From IMG/VR virus record IMGVR_UViG_3300022602_000039, positions 1 to 64,000 of that record: a DNA stretch of 64,000 nucleotides; one strand, written 5' to 3'. This DNA comes from a virus. Both the position numbers and the translations under genes were made by a program. Shown here piece by piece: positions 30,572 through 42,256 of this stretch. Under the pieces are notes generated by a model, which did no database searches, had not been told where the DNA came from, and saw only the letters and a program-made list of their open reading frames with translations. Every line of letters starts with the position of its first letter. Within the stretch, counting starts at the first letter, position 1.

Positions 30572-31291
30572 ATGAACGTAACTAATACCACACAAGAACT
30601 CTCTACACGAAGAGAAAAAAGTAAAGAATATTACCGTAAGTATAGAGAGCGGATTAGAGCTTGGAGTAAGGCTCATATAGAAGCTAACAAAGAACGTTAC
30701 AATGCATCATCTCGGGAATATCACCATAAAAATAAAGAGAAGTGTAATTTAGCGTGTAAAGAGTACGATAAAAAGCATAAAGAAGAGCTTAAGCAAAAAA
30801 GAGCTGAACAATACAGACTTAATAAAGCGAAAATGTCTAAAAAGCGTAGTGAAGAGTATTTTGCTAATCACGAGGAAAATAAAAGAAAAGCAAGAGAGAA
30901 GAGAAACGCTAATAAAGAAATACGAAACAAAAAACGTAAAGAGCGTTATAAGACAGACATACAATATAAACTTTCAAATCTTATACGTGTTCGCATATAC
31001 AGCGCAATAAAACAATCGCAAGCAAAAAAGTGCGAAAAGGTTGAATATCTTATAGGTTGCAGTCTTGCAGTGTTAAAGTCACATCTTGAAGCTCAATTCG
31101 AACCTGGTATGAATTGGAATAATAACACTCAATATGGTTGGCATATTGATCACATTATACCTATATGTACTTTTGATCTTCAAGATACGGAACAACAAAA
31201 AACATGCTTCCATTATTCTAATTTACGCCCTCTATGGGCTATAGATAATCTATCAAGACCAAAGAACGGTAGCGATGTATATTCAGACTAA
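30572..31291 (+). CDS. His-Me/HNH endonuclease with 15-aa repeats
   Basis: WHIDHIIPI...CFHYSNLRPLW. Confidence 0.85.
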   Translation: MNVTNTTQELSTRREKSKEYYRKYRERIRAWSKAHIEANKERYNASSREYHHKNKEKCNLACKEYDKKHKEELKQKRAEQYRLNKAKMSKKRSEEYFANHEENKRKAREKRNANKEIRNKKRKERYKTDIQYKLSNLIRVRIYSAIKQSQAKKCEKVEYLIGCSLAVLKSHLEAQFEPGMNWNNNTQYGWHIDHIIPICTFDLQDTEQQKTCFHYSNLRPLWAIDNLSRPKNGSDVYSD

Positions 31292-32308
31292 GGACAGAGC
31301 AAGCTTAAACTTTCCAAGTTGTTTTACCACCACCTGAATGACCACAGGTCTCACAGGACTCTCCTTCATCTGCCTCCCAATCATCATATTGAATACAGCT
31401 AAGAAGGCTCTCTACATTACTTGTATTATCCTTAATGGCTTCCTTAACTTTGAGTAAAAGGTAATCAATTAACTCATCATTCTGTTCAAGGTACTGACCC
31501 TCCTTAAGCCACTCTCCGTTAACAGACCATGATGGACCATAACAGGACTTTTCATCCTTAACAATTGTGTATTTTATATCACTCATCTAATTTGTATTTG
31601 TTTGTATTACCAAATCTATCTTTAGTAAAGATTTTAAAAGCTTCTAAGATCTGTTCTTCAAATTCTATCTGATCCTGTTCATCCACAACATCAACCATAC
31701 AGTCTAGGATTGCTGTTAAGAAACCAGCTACTTGAGTACTAGATACACCCTCTTCAAAATCTAGAGTCCTAACAGCTGGATTACCCTTATACAGGCCAGC
31801 TATTAGAACTGGTACAAAATCATCTTCGTTTGCTTTATTGCTCATTTCTCTCCTTCCATATTATATCAAATAACCAATAAGGCAAATAAGCATAACTAAG
31901 AATATAGAATCTCTTTCTCCAAGACAATCCTTCAGTTATGTTCAGAAATCTTTTAAGGAATTTCATCACCTAAAAGCTTTTTGTACAAATTATTACAAGA
32001 GATCCTATACTCACACTCCATAGGATCTCTTGCCTCAATGGCATTGAAATACTGCTCATCATTCTCAATAAACTCTTCTTTTAACTGCTTTTTAAAATCA
32101 GGGTTGAGCTTAGCACTAATCAACTCAAGAATAGGTTTAACATCTAGATCTGATAAATGTAAAGTAATTTCAGAGTTATCATATTCTGAACCATAATTAA
32201 ACTCAAGCTTTAGAGTTACAGGAGGATGATAGAGATCACCAAAAGGTTGACCTGTAAAGTCTGAAAAATAAGTTGCTTCTTCGCAAGATTTTGGAACTAA
32301 TATTTTTT

Positions 32309-33181
32309 TCATGATTTGTTTAAAGAGTTATAGATATTATCATAAGCTCCAAGAGAAGCCCACTGCTGTTTCTTCAGCGCTTTCTGCTCCTCTTGGAATT
32401 TTCTTTCTGATTCTTGATAAAAGTTCTCTACTCCTGTATCGATGATATTATAGGTACCATCTTCTAGGATTTCAAGAACTTGTTGAAGACCACAATCAAT
32501 ATCAATACAGAGTCCCTTATTTCGAGTCTCTTCTACATCGATACCATGACGCATTGGAGTATGTCCATATACCTGTTTGATACCTGATTGGTCATTCCAG
32601 TATGAACCTGTATAAGGTTCTTGAAAATGATCTCGCCAAACCGCGCCACCGACCCGATGAATGCCCCCCCTACACTTTCCAGCTCCAGCTAGTTCGTTAC
32701 TAAAGATTCTCGCATCAAAATCCTGTTGTATCTTCTTGAGCTTAATATTAATTATCTCATTATCCATACCATAAGGCGGGCTTGAGAACCAAAACGGATG
32801 AAAGCCAGCATGAGAAAACCAAAAGCCATTTTCAAAGTGAGCTATCTTAATCTTATCCCAATCTTCATTGGTCATAACTCTATTGATAGCATCATCCTTA
32901 GCAGGTGAATATCCTGAACAATTGTAAATCTGTCTACTACCGCGAATATTTCTATAGTCGTAATTGATATCATGGTTACCCATTAGCATAATATGATTAT
33001 CTTTACTGATAAAATCCTTGACCCACCTAGCAGTTTGATCTGCTTCAATAGCAGAATCACCAAAATTATCAAACGCGTCACCGCAGAAAATAATTGTATG
33101 GGTATTATCGTACTTATCGACAATAGCACTCGCTTCTGCGATATGATTATGAATGTCAGAAAACGCTAAAATTTTGGCCAT
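32309..33181 (-). CDS. Calcineurin-like metallophosphoesterase
   Basis: SDIH, GDAFD, GNHD, SHAG, GHT motifs. Confidence 0.85.
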   Translation of the reverse strand: MAKILAFSDIHNHIAEASAIVDKYDNTHTIIFCGDAFDNFGDSAIEADQTARWVKDFISKDNHIMLMGNHDINYDYRNIRGSRQIYNCSGYSPAKDDAINRVMTNEDWDKIKIAHFENGFWFSHAGFHPFWFSSPPYGMDNEIINIKLKKIQQDFDARIFSNELAGAGKCRGGIHRVGGAVWRDHFQEPYTGSYWNDQSGIKQVYGHTPMRHGIDVEETRNKGLCIDIDCGLQQVLEILEDGTYNIIDTGVENFYQESERKFQEEQKALKKQQWASLGAYDNIYNSLNKS

Positions 33182-35191
33182 AATATAATTATATTAGTTT
33201 TTAACTTAGAGGCAAGGAGAATATTGCAATGATTGGTATAGATATTAATATGAATAATGATATAATTTTTCACGACTATATGCATGCAAAGTATCAGGAA
33301 TACTTAGAACATAAGATATCAATAAAAAAGAACAAGAAAGGCTTTAATAAGACCATACCATATTAACCCGCCAATGGCCATAGCACAAATCCAAGCTACT
33401 AGAGGTATAAAATCCCTATTCATAAATTTAAATAGTATATGCTATTATATAAATAGGCAAGAATTAATTATACGCGGTTGCTTATAAGCAATCCGTGCTT
33501 GGAGAGAGAATCGTACCCTGCTACATTGAATATAATAATATCGAATGTACCAACACTACTAAAGCTAGGAATAGTGACATAGAGGTGATTATCGTCTGTA
33601 GTATAGAAGTAGTTAGCAGGTAGCTGATATCCAGAAAATGATGGAAACGCTGTTAAAGCGCTCGGATTTGTTGTTCCTATACTAACAGCACACAGTGATG
33701 GAAACTGTATACTACCAGAACTTAAGTAAACCTGTTGAAGATTTCTATATTGTTGTCCCTCAAGGAGAATTGAAGCTGTTTGCGGATATACTATCGTTAG
33801 GTAGTTCACTACCAATATTTATTCTTCCTCTTTCTTTATACCGTTTCGTTCGTAATCTCTAACTGCATTCACAATTTGTTGCATCAGTACCTGATCTGGT
33901 GCAAAATTAAAAGAATCACTTTTTAACATATTTCCAACAGCCATTCTATCTTCTGTGTAGAATTCTGAGAGAGTTAATGTTGATTCATCCACATCATTAT
34001 ATAACTTAATAACTCTACGATTTACTATATCTGTATTTGCACTTATTACCTTAATCATATATACCTGAATTTATCTCAACCTGTCTCGAACGGCAAGCTC
34101 GTAACATTGCTTTTGTTTGTTGTAGCTCAGTTTTTAGTTCAACAACTTGTTGTTCTAAATATTCATTCTTACGCGATAAATCAGCAATAGCTTCTGTTAA
34201 AATTACTTCCCTATCATTCATAGTTATTCATTAAGTTTAGATATAGCATCCTTAAGACCCAATTCTATATCTTCAAGATCATCCATCTTTATATTTAACT
34301 TCTGTGCCTTATTCCTATCAGGCAAATTAAATCCCTTATCCTCATAGTAGTACTCTTCAATATATTGATTTTGTTCTTGTAAAAAAGACTCTAATTTATC
34401 TAAATAGATAACATTAAAAATTTTTTCAAAATCTGTCTTACCAGGAAAAAGAACTGTCGATACATAATAAACCCCAGCCATTTCATCGAGTTCCTCAATG
34501 GATGACCAGGGATAATTATTATTGGGTATCTCTTTAAAGCGGATTGATACCTGCTTCATTTCTTACAACCAGCCGCCGTTTTGTACAGGAGGCTGAGCCT
34601 TCTTAACAACAGTGTTGTTATAGGCAGCGTAAATCTTCTGAAGATTACCATCAAGGGTAAGAATATTCTTTTGAAGACCTGCGACAGTCTCGTTGAGGGT
34701 GTTGATCTGAAGCTGAAGACTTGCAAGAGCTTCTTCGGTTGTTGCGGCGGGTTTTGTCATATAAGGTTATTTACAAATTAAAGCTATTAAAAGCAACTTA
34801 TTTTAATTAAAATGATCCCAATCATCATTACCGTCATTAAGATCAAGCTCATTTTGTGTAGCTTTTCTCCATTGAGTATCTGTAACAATAGGGCCGAGAC
34901 AATATTCAACTGTTTCCTTGAGTTCAGTTAAATCCTTTGCATAGTAATTAAAGTCTCTACCGGTTCTATCAGTATGAATAAGACTTACCGTTTCATCTGC
35001 CAAATTATATTCAGCAATCACTTCACCCTTTCCTTGAACAAATAGCTTATACATCTCGATATTATTTTGAGCGCTATCGTATAGGAATACGTCGTTAAGA
35101 TACTCTTTTACAGTCATGTTTATTATGATTTATAGTTATGGTTCATTTTTAAGATTTATATATTAAAAAGAAATAAATGAATATGCAAGAT

Positions 35192-37654
35192 TTATTTTTT
35201 AAGAATTATAAGAACCTTATCCTTTAGACCAATTTTATATTTGTTCTTTAAATTACCCTTTAAAAGTTCTTCAGCTAGGAAATCTTCAATCTCGTGTTCA
35301 ACTAATCGACGAACACCACGAGCTCCATATTGTTTATCATATTTGTTATCAACAAGATATTCAAGAACATCATCATTAATAGTAAGGGTTAATTTATGAT
35401 TTTGCTCAATACGATCAAGAATTTTTTTAGCTTCTAAAGCAATAACAGATTTAATACTATCTTTATCTAATTTATTGAATATTATAAGCCCATCTAGGCG
35501 GTTTAAAAGTTCAGGTTTAAAATGGCTCTTTGCCTGTTCAAGTACTTTCTCTCGGGCACTCGTTGAGACTTCAGGTAGTTTATGCGCGTTAAATCCCATA
35601 GCAACATCCTTTGTACTCGTCATTACTTCGGCTCCAAGATTAGAAGTCATAATAATAATAGTATGTCTGAAGTCTACTTTTCTACCTTCACCATCGGTGA
35701 GTGTTCCATCTTCAAGAACCTGAAGAAGAAAATGGAGTACATCCGGATGTGCTTTTTCAATTTCATCCAATAATACAACACTGTAGGGATTACGGCGAAT
35801 CTTTTCAGTCAATTGACCGCCTTCTCCATAACCTATATATCCCGGAGGTGCACCAATAAGCCTAGAGAGTGCAAATTTTTCCATATATTCTGACATATCT
35901 ATCTTTACTAACGCATCCTTATTCTTATAAACAATGTCAGCAATAGTCTGTGCCAAATACGTCTTGCCAACACCAGTTGGACCAAAGAAAATGAATGATC
36001 CAGTGGGACGCTTTGGATCTTTAAGGTCTAATCTACCTTTCTTTAATATTCGTGATACCTCTTTTATGGCTTCATCTTGACCGATAATAGTAGAAGATAA
36101 AGTTGATTCTAAACGAAGCAATTCTTCTTTGCCTGTTTCACGAAGTTCAGTCAACGGAATACCCGTAATAGTTGAAAGAGTTGTTAATACATCCTCTCGT
36201 TCAATAGTAATATCGGAGCGTTCTTTTTTATCTAAAAATTCTTTCTTTATTTGATCACGTTTCTTAACTAAGTTTTTTTCTTTGTCTCGCATCTTAGCTG
36301 CTTTCTCAAAGTCCTGTTTAGCCACCAATCTCTCCTTTTCAAGTGCTAATTCTTTAATTTGTTCGTTAAGTTTAAGAACTTCATCAGAAGTAGAGAGTGC
36401 ATTGATTTTAGCTCTTGATCCTGTTTCATCCATAATATCAATGGCTTTATCAGGTAGATATCTAGATGGCAGATAACGATCGGAATACTTTACCATATCT
36501 ACAATTACATTATTTGGAATAATTACCCCGTGGTGAGTCTCATAATGTGGACGGATACCTTTAAGAATTTCAATAGCTTGATCTACTGTTGGGGGGTTAA
36601 CCGTTATGGATTGAAAGCGACGTTCTAAGGCATTGTCCTTTTCTATATATTTTCTGTATTCATTAAACGTTGTAGCACCAATGCATTGAACTTCTCCACG
36701 ACTTAGAGCAGGTTTAAGAATATTAGAAGCATCCATTGTGCCCTCAGCACTACCTGCACCTACCATTGTATGTAATTCATCAATAAAGAGAATTATATTT
36801 CTTTTTTCTTTTACCTCCTGCATTACTGCTTTAATCCGTTCTTCAAATTGACCACGAAACTTAGTACCAGCAACCATTAGAGTAAGATCAAGAGAAAGAA
36901 CTCGTTTGTTAGCAATAATAGAAGGTACATCTCCATCAACAATTTTTTGTGCTAAACCTTCAACAATTGCAGTTTTTCCGACTCCTGCTTCACCAATGAG
37001 AACAGGATTATTTTTTGTTCGACGACAAAGAATCTGAATCATTCGCTCAATTTCTTTTTCACGGCCTACAACAGGATCAATTTTATTTTCTTTAGCGAGT
37101 TTAGTAATGTCGCGTGCAAAGACATCTAAAGCTGTTTGCTTCCCGTCAGTTCTATTTCCACCACCTGCACCTACTGATTGAAATTTATCTTCATCCTCGT
37201 CTTCATCCTCATCAAAAGGAAGAACTGATGGGTTAAGTTCTTTAACAATTTCTTGACGAACAATATTAAGATCAACATTGAGCTTGTGAAGCACAGAAGC
37301 TGCCATACCATCCTTCTCTTTAATAAGACCGAGAAGAAGATGTTCGGTTCCAATATAAGTATGACCAAGTGCTTTAGCCTCGCGACCAGCTAATACAAGA
37401 ACTTTGTTAGCACGAGGGGAATAAATTAAATTTGGCACTACCTTTTTGCTATTGGCAGCATTCCTCTCTATAGTTTCAAATATATCATTTAGATTATTAA
37501 TAATCTTCTTAAGAACATTAACAGCAAGACCCTGATTTAAACGGAGAATACCAAGTAAAATGTGCTCTGTACCTACGTATCCGCTCTGTAAACGTTCAGC
37601 TTCCTTCTTTGCTAAAGCTAAGGCCTGTTGTGCTCTTGGTGTTAAGTTATTCAC
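35192..37654 (-). CDS. clpC: ATP-dependent Clp protease ATPase subunit ClpC
   Basis: Two Clp-N repeats, two AAA+ modules ([16 protein letters not shown]), UVR-type coiled coil. Confidence 0.93.
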   Translation of the reverse strand: MNNLTPRAQQALALAKKEAERLQSGYVGTEHILLGILRLNQGLAVNVLKKIINNLNDIFETIERNAANSKKVVPNLIYSPRANKVLVLAGREAKALGHTYIGTEHLLLGLIKEKDGMAASVLHKLNVDLNIVRQEIVKELNPSVLPFDEDEDEDEDKFQSVGAGGGNRTDGKQTALDVFARDITKLAKENKIDPVVGREKEIERMIQILCRRTKNNPVLIGEAGVGKTAIVEGLAQKIVDGDVPSIIANKRVLSLDLTLMVAGTKFRGQFEERIKAVMQEVKEKRNIILFIDELHTMVGAGSAEGTMDASNILKPALSRGEVQCIGATTFNEYRKYIEKDNALERRFQSITVNPPTVDQAIEILKGIRPHYETHHGVIIPNNVIVDMVKYSDRYLPSRYLPDKAIDIMDETGSRAKINALSTSDEVLKLNEQIKELALEKERLVAKQDFEKAAKMRDKEKNLVKKRDQIKKEFLDKKERSDITIEREDVLTTLSTITGIPLTELRETGKEELLRLESTLSSTIIGQDEAIKEVSRILKKGRLDLKDPKRPTGSFIFFGPTGVGKTYLAQTIADIVYKNKDALVKIDMSEYMEKFALSRLIGAPPGYIGYGEGGQLTEKIRRNPYSVVLLDEIEKAHPDVLHFLLQVLEDGTLTDGEGRKVDFRHTIIIMTSNLGAEVMTSTKDVAMGFNAHKLPEVSTSAREKVLEQAKSHFKPELLNRLDGLIIFNKLDKDSIKSVIALEAKKILDRIEQNHKLTLTINDDVLEYLVDNKYDKQYGARGVRRLVEHEIEDFLAEELLKGNLKNKYKIGLKDKVLIILKK

Positions 37655-37703
37655 GCGTTTAGAATATTTTAATATATATAATTAAATTATCTATCGTGAT
37701 TAC

Positions 37704-37958
37704 TTAAGCGCAGACTGATTTGCTAAAGTTCTTTACCGCACTTCTTGATCCATTTGGAATAAAATATTTTTTATTCTGTTCGTAGAAATCAGCTGAAACA
37801 ATTTGTATCTCCCCACCAGTTTTATGATCAAACGCCATAAAGGCTTTTCTTGGCTTAACGACATTATGCTTGTGAGCACAAGCTGAACAGAATACTGTAC
37901 TTGGAAGTACTTCTAAACGTTCAGGTTCAATACTATTTTGACAGATACGGCAATTCAT
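37704..37958 (-). CDS. DksA/TraR-type C4 zinc-finger protein
   Basis: CRICQNSIEPERLEVLPSTVFCSAC. Confidence 0.75.
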   Translation of the reverse strand: MNCRICQNSIEPERLEVLPSTVFCSACAHKHNVVKPRKAFMAFDHKTGGEIQIVSADFYEQNKKYFIPNGSRSAVKNFSKSVCA

Positions 37959-38003
37959 ATTCCAATAGTATATTGGAAATCATACAATCAGGCAACTCTA
38001 ATA

Positions 38004-41000
38004 TTATGCTGCTTTGATTACAACGTATTTGAATGTAGGGGCATCTGCATTCATTGTTGCACCAGATAACGAGCGTACGTAAATTGTTGCAGAGCCTGCT
38101 CCAGGTGTTGCAGCTACATTGTATAGGCCAAAAGCTTGTATATTTGTACCACTAGTTTGTGTAAAGAGAATATTATCGTTGGTACTAATAAATGAATTAT
38201 TGAATATAAAACTCGTTAATTGGTATGCGGTGGTTGTAGCTGCACTGAATAATTGTATACTACCCATTGGAGCATTCAGAGTAACAGTGGTACCTCTTGA
38301 TGCTGTTTGAGTAACAGAACTAGATCCACCAGATAAGTAAATAGAACCTGCAGTAATTCCACCTGATAGATTAATATTATTAGCAACAATACTAGAAGCA
38401 ACATTAAGGTATGTATTTACATATACACCGCTTAAAAAATTCAACGCTAATGTATTAGTACCGTTACCGTTTAAATTTGATCCATCGGTTAAGACAGTTT
38501 GACTAGCGTTACCGGATATAGCATTTGTATAAACAGTATTTGAAGCACTTAGTGTGGAAGCATAAACAGTACCAGATGCATTTATTGTAGTTGCACTTAA
38601 CGTATTAGTGTTTAATGCATTTGTATAAACAGTATTTGAAGCACTTAGTGTGGAAGCATAAACAGTACCGGTAACAGTTAATCCTGCATTAGAAATAGTA
38701 GCTCTTGTATTGCTTGCAGACAACGTACCACCGGTAAAGAAATTAATATTACCGGTACCTGCAGTGCCTAAAGCAAGATTATTATTAGTTGTATAAAGAT
38801 AACCATCGCCAGGTCCTACTGTCGTAAAATTAGGGGTAAAAAGATTACCATTATAATTTGTACTGGCTATACCTAAATCAATATAATTTACACCGTCGTT
38901 GTTGTAAAGTGAAATATCTGCACTAGCGCTGACTCCAGGTACTGTATTTTGTATTGATTTAAATACTGATCCACTTGCTGCACCTACTAGAGTTAATAAA
39001 TTTGTATTAAAAGGATTTATAGCTGAATTTGGTGAACTAATAGTACCTGATGATAGACTGATATTACCTGTAGCACTAATTGAACCTGCTATGGTTAATG
39101 CTTGATTCGGAAGAGCTACATTAATACCAACGTTGCCACCAATATTTGCACTACTCTGAACACTTAAATTATTAACATATGTGAAATTGGATTGTGATGC
39201 GCTTAAATTTGAACCAAGAAGGAATGTATTAGGGTATGATGTGTAGTTAGCTGAACCACCAGCGATGAATGAATAACCAGCAGAAGCTGTATTAGCAACA
39301 CCACTACCGATAAAGTCAAAAGCACTTAATGTAACATTACTCAATCCATTTAAAATAGTTGAATAACATCCGCCGGCAATGTTTAAGCAACCATTAAGAA
39401 CGGTATCACGTGTACAATTTGCAACGTTGCAAACACCACCAATAACAGCACTATCAGTATTAATAGCGCAATTACATGTACCGGTTGCGACAAATGAGCT
39501 ATTACATGTAGCTTGGTTATTACGACCGGCTAGGATTACTGATCCAGATCCTGACGCTATATTTCCACACCCTGCACCAACAAATGAGCGGTAACCAGAA
39601 GCTGTATTAGCACACCCTGCAACAACAGCAGCATAATTACCAGATCCTGTTACACAGTTATTAATACCACCAAGAATAGCAGAGTATGGTCCACTAGCAC
39701 TTAAACTCTTACCTCCACCAATTGTTGAATAAATGCCAGAGGTTGTATTACTCAAACCACCACCGATGCTTGAACCAGATCCTGAAGCAACATTTCCATA
39801 ACCACCGCCAATACTAGTTGCCCAGTTTATAGCACAATTTGACCAACCACCGGCAACAACAGCGTAGCCAGATAAAGCTTGATTGACATTACCGCCACCA
39901 ACGGTAGCCCAAGCAGAAGCTGCTACGTTAACAGTACCACCGTTAATGTTTGAATAAAGACCAGATGCAACGTTATAAAACCCGCCTGCAACTACATCAC
40001 CTGCACTTAATGCTTTGTTGTTACTACCACCAAGTATAGCAGAAAAGAATCCAGATGCATTATTTGCCGAACCTGCTGCTACAATTGAATAAGCTCCAGA
40101 TGCTGTATTACTACCACTTACAGGTACAATAGAGGCAGTAAGTGAGGTATTATTATTAAAGAATCTATACGGGCTTGTATTACCACCTACAACGCCTTGA
40201 CCACTAAAGATGGTACCAGTAGCACTAATGTTGCCAACAATAGTTAAATTTGTTGCACTTAGTCCACCACTCGCAGTAAGATTGTTAAGATATAAAGTTG
40301 TAGCGGTTACAGCTGTAAGATAGGAATATGCTGTTGACCAGTTAGAACTTAATGATGAAACAGTGCCGTAAGTGGATTGCCAGTTAGCACTATTTGCTGT
40401 TAAAGTTGTAACAGCTGTATAGTCTGCAAGCCAATTACCGCTTTGAGTGTTTACCGTAGTATAGACTGTATTCCAGCTAGCACTATTTGCCGTAACTGTT
40501 GTATAAGTACTTTGCCAGTTAGCTGAATTAGCAGTTAAATTTGTATATCCTGAATTCCAGAGGTTTGAATTTCCACCTGAAGCATAATGTATATTATTAG
40601 TACTAAGAATACCATTTACAGTTAATGGTGCGATAGGATTGGTTGTGTTAATACCAACGTAACCGGCACTTGTAATAACTACTACCGTATTACCGCTTAA
40701 TGTACCATTTGTGAAAAAATTGATATTATTACTATTTGCTGTACCAATGTCGAGATTACCACCAACAGCGTAAATGTATGAATCACTAGGCTGGGTTACT
40801 GTAAACGCCGGTGTAACTGCATTACCGTTATACTGTGTACTTGTAATACCGATATCTAAATACGCTAACCCTTGATCATTTGTTAAAACTAAATCTGTAC
40901 TCGCACTAACAGAGGGTGCAAGATTTTGTATTTGATTGAATACAGAACCTTGCGCTGACAATGCAACGGTAAGCGGTAACGCATTGCCGGTAGCAATAGC

Positions 41001-41699
41001 AGGTTGTGTTATAAAAACAGCTGATGTAGAGATAACACCCTGTGCAGTTAAATTATTAACATATGTTGTGTTTGCTTGAGATGCACTTAATCCAGAGCCG
41101 AGAATAAAGGTATTTGGATAACTTGTGTAATTACCAGATCCACCGGCAATAAAAGAATAACCTGCTATAGCTGTATTGTTACCAAAGCCTCCAGGTATGA
41201 TTGATGTAGATAATGTCGGTGTAGATCCAGCTGTTTTATAAACCGAAGCTGGTAGATTAGTAATTGCTGATCCATCACCGTGCAATGCAGCTGCATAAAC
41301 TTGGCCTTGAGAAGAGAGGTTATTTACATACGTATAATTCGGTGATGGTGCACTAATGTTTGAACCGAGTATAAACGTATTTGACTGACTATTTGTTGTA
41401 TTACTTTGACCGCCAACAATAGCTGAATAATTACCGGATGCAGTGTTATTTATACCACCGAGAATTCCTGCAGCACTACCTGTAACTGTATTCTTATTAA
41501 CTAATGGCTGAAAACTACTAAGTGTTGGATTATATACCGGTACACTTAAAAACGTTCCTAACGAAGTGGCTACAGCGCCTGCAGAAATCTGTGCAGTCGT
41601 TGAGAAATTACTAAAGAAACTACTATTTACAACCGGAAACACATCACCAGGATTTACTGCTGAAATCGGTGTGAGATCCGTAATTCTTAAATTAGCCAT
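38004..41699 (-). CDS. Large Gly/Ser/Asn-rich tail fibre or virion surface protein
   Basis: MANLRITDL N-terminus, many GGxxNxASG beta-helix repeats, internal duplications, TAAATA upstream. Confidence 0.7.
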   Translation of the reverse strand: MANLRITDLTPISAVNPGDVFPVVNSSFFSNFSTTAQISAGAVATSLGTFLSVPVYNPTLSSFQPLVNKNTVTGSAAGILGGINNTASGNYSAIVGGQSNTTNSQSNTFILGSNISAPSPNYTYVNNLSSQGQVYAAALHGDGSAITNLPASVYKTAGSTPTLSTSIIPGGFGNNTAIAGYSFIAGGSGNYTSYPNTFILGSGLSASQANTTYVNNLTAQGVISTSAVFITQPAIATGNALPLTVALSAQGSVFNQIQNLAPSVSASTDLVLTNDQGLAYLDIGITSTQYNGNAVTPAFTVTQPSDSYIYAVGGNLDIGTANSNNINFFTNGTLSGNTVVVITSAGYVGINTTNPIAPLTVNGILSTNNIHYASGGNSNLWNSGYTNLTANSANWQSTYTTVTANSASWNTVYTTVNTQSGNWLADYTAVTTLTANSANWQSTYGTVSSLSSNWSTAYSYLTAVTATTLYLNNLTASGGLSATNLTIVGNISATGTIFSGQGVVGGNTSPYRFFNNNTSLTASIVPVSGSNTASGAYSIVAAGSANNASGFFSAILGGSNNKALSAGDVVAGGFYNVASGLYSNINGGTVNVAASAWATVGGGNVNQALSGYAVVAGGWSNCAINWATSIGGGYGNVASGSGSSIGGGLSNTTSGIYSTIGGGKSLSASGPYSAILGGINNCVTGSGNYAAVVAGCANTASGYRSFVGAGCGNIASGSGSVILAGRNNQATCNSSFVATGTCNCAINTDSAVIGGVCNVANCTRDTVLNGCLNIAGGCYSTILNGLSNVTLSAFDFIGSGVANTASAGYSFIAGGSANYTSYPNTFLLGSNLSASQSNFTYVNNLSVQSSANIGGNVGINVALPNQALTIAGSISATGNISLSSGTISSPNSAINPFNTNLLTLVGAASGSVFKSIQNTVPGVSASADISLYNNDGVNYIDLGIASTNYNGNLFTPNFTTVGPGDGYLYTTNNNLALGTAGTGNINFFTGGTLSASNTRATISNAGLTVTGTVYASTLSASNTVYTNALNTNTLSATTINASGTVYASTLSASNTVYTNAISGNASQTVLTDGSNLNGNGTNTLALNFLSGVYVNTYLNVASSIVANNINLSGGITAGSIYLSGGSSSVTQTASRGTTVTLNAPMGSIQLFSAATTTAYQLTSFIFNNSFISTNDNILFTQTSGTNIQAFGLYNVAATPGAGSATIYVRSLSGATMNADAPTFKYVVIKAA

Positions 41700-42102
41700 A
41701 TACCATTATTTATGGTACAAGCTATAAAAAGGTTAAATAACTACTGCCATTCCTTTGTCAGAATTCCAATCTTGGAAATTATACTTAGTAAATCGTGTTT
41801 GTATTTTTTGTTTTTTAGGCTTACTTTCCTTAATCCTATAAGGAAAATCATTGGTATAATGCCACCAATATTCTTTTAAATGTTTGTTCACCTCTCCCAT
41901 TGTCTTATAAGGTGAACAGAGCGATGGAGCCCAATTCTTCCCTGTCCATCGCTCTATTACGTAAGTCATTTGATTATTTCCGCTTTTTACCAGCATCCGA
42001 GCGTTGAGCTCGATACTTCGTCTTACAGCTTGCTGGCTTTCCAGCGTTCAATTGACGACGGAGAAACGCTGCAGTTTCATACCGACGTGAACTTCCCTTA
42101 AT

Positions 42103-42164
42103 GACTTGAACCCACGGCATCATGCGTGACAGGCATGCGCTCTAACCAGCTGAGCTACAACTCC
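42103..42164 (-). pseudogene. tRNA-Asp(GTC) truncated after the T-loop
   Basis: ggagttg, D arm, catgc-ctGTCac-gcatg, gtggg-ttcaagt; the 3' T-stem and acceptor strands are missing. Confidence 0.8.
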
Positions 42165-42170
42165 GTTATT

Positions 42171-42243
42171 TCGTGATGGAGAGACTCGAACTCTCGGTTC
42201 CTTGCTCCCAAAGCAAGTGCCATAGCCGCTAGGCGACATCACG
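42171..42243 (-). tRNA. tRNA-Pro(TGG)
   Basis: Cloverleaf, cttgc-ttTGGga-gcaag; no encoded CCA. Confidence 0.9.
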
Positions 42244-42256
42244 TTAAACTGTTATT

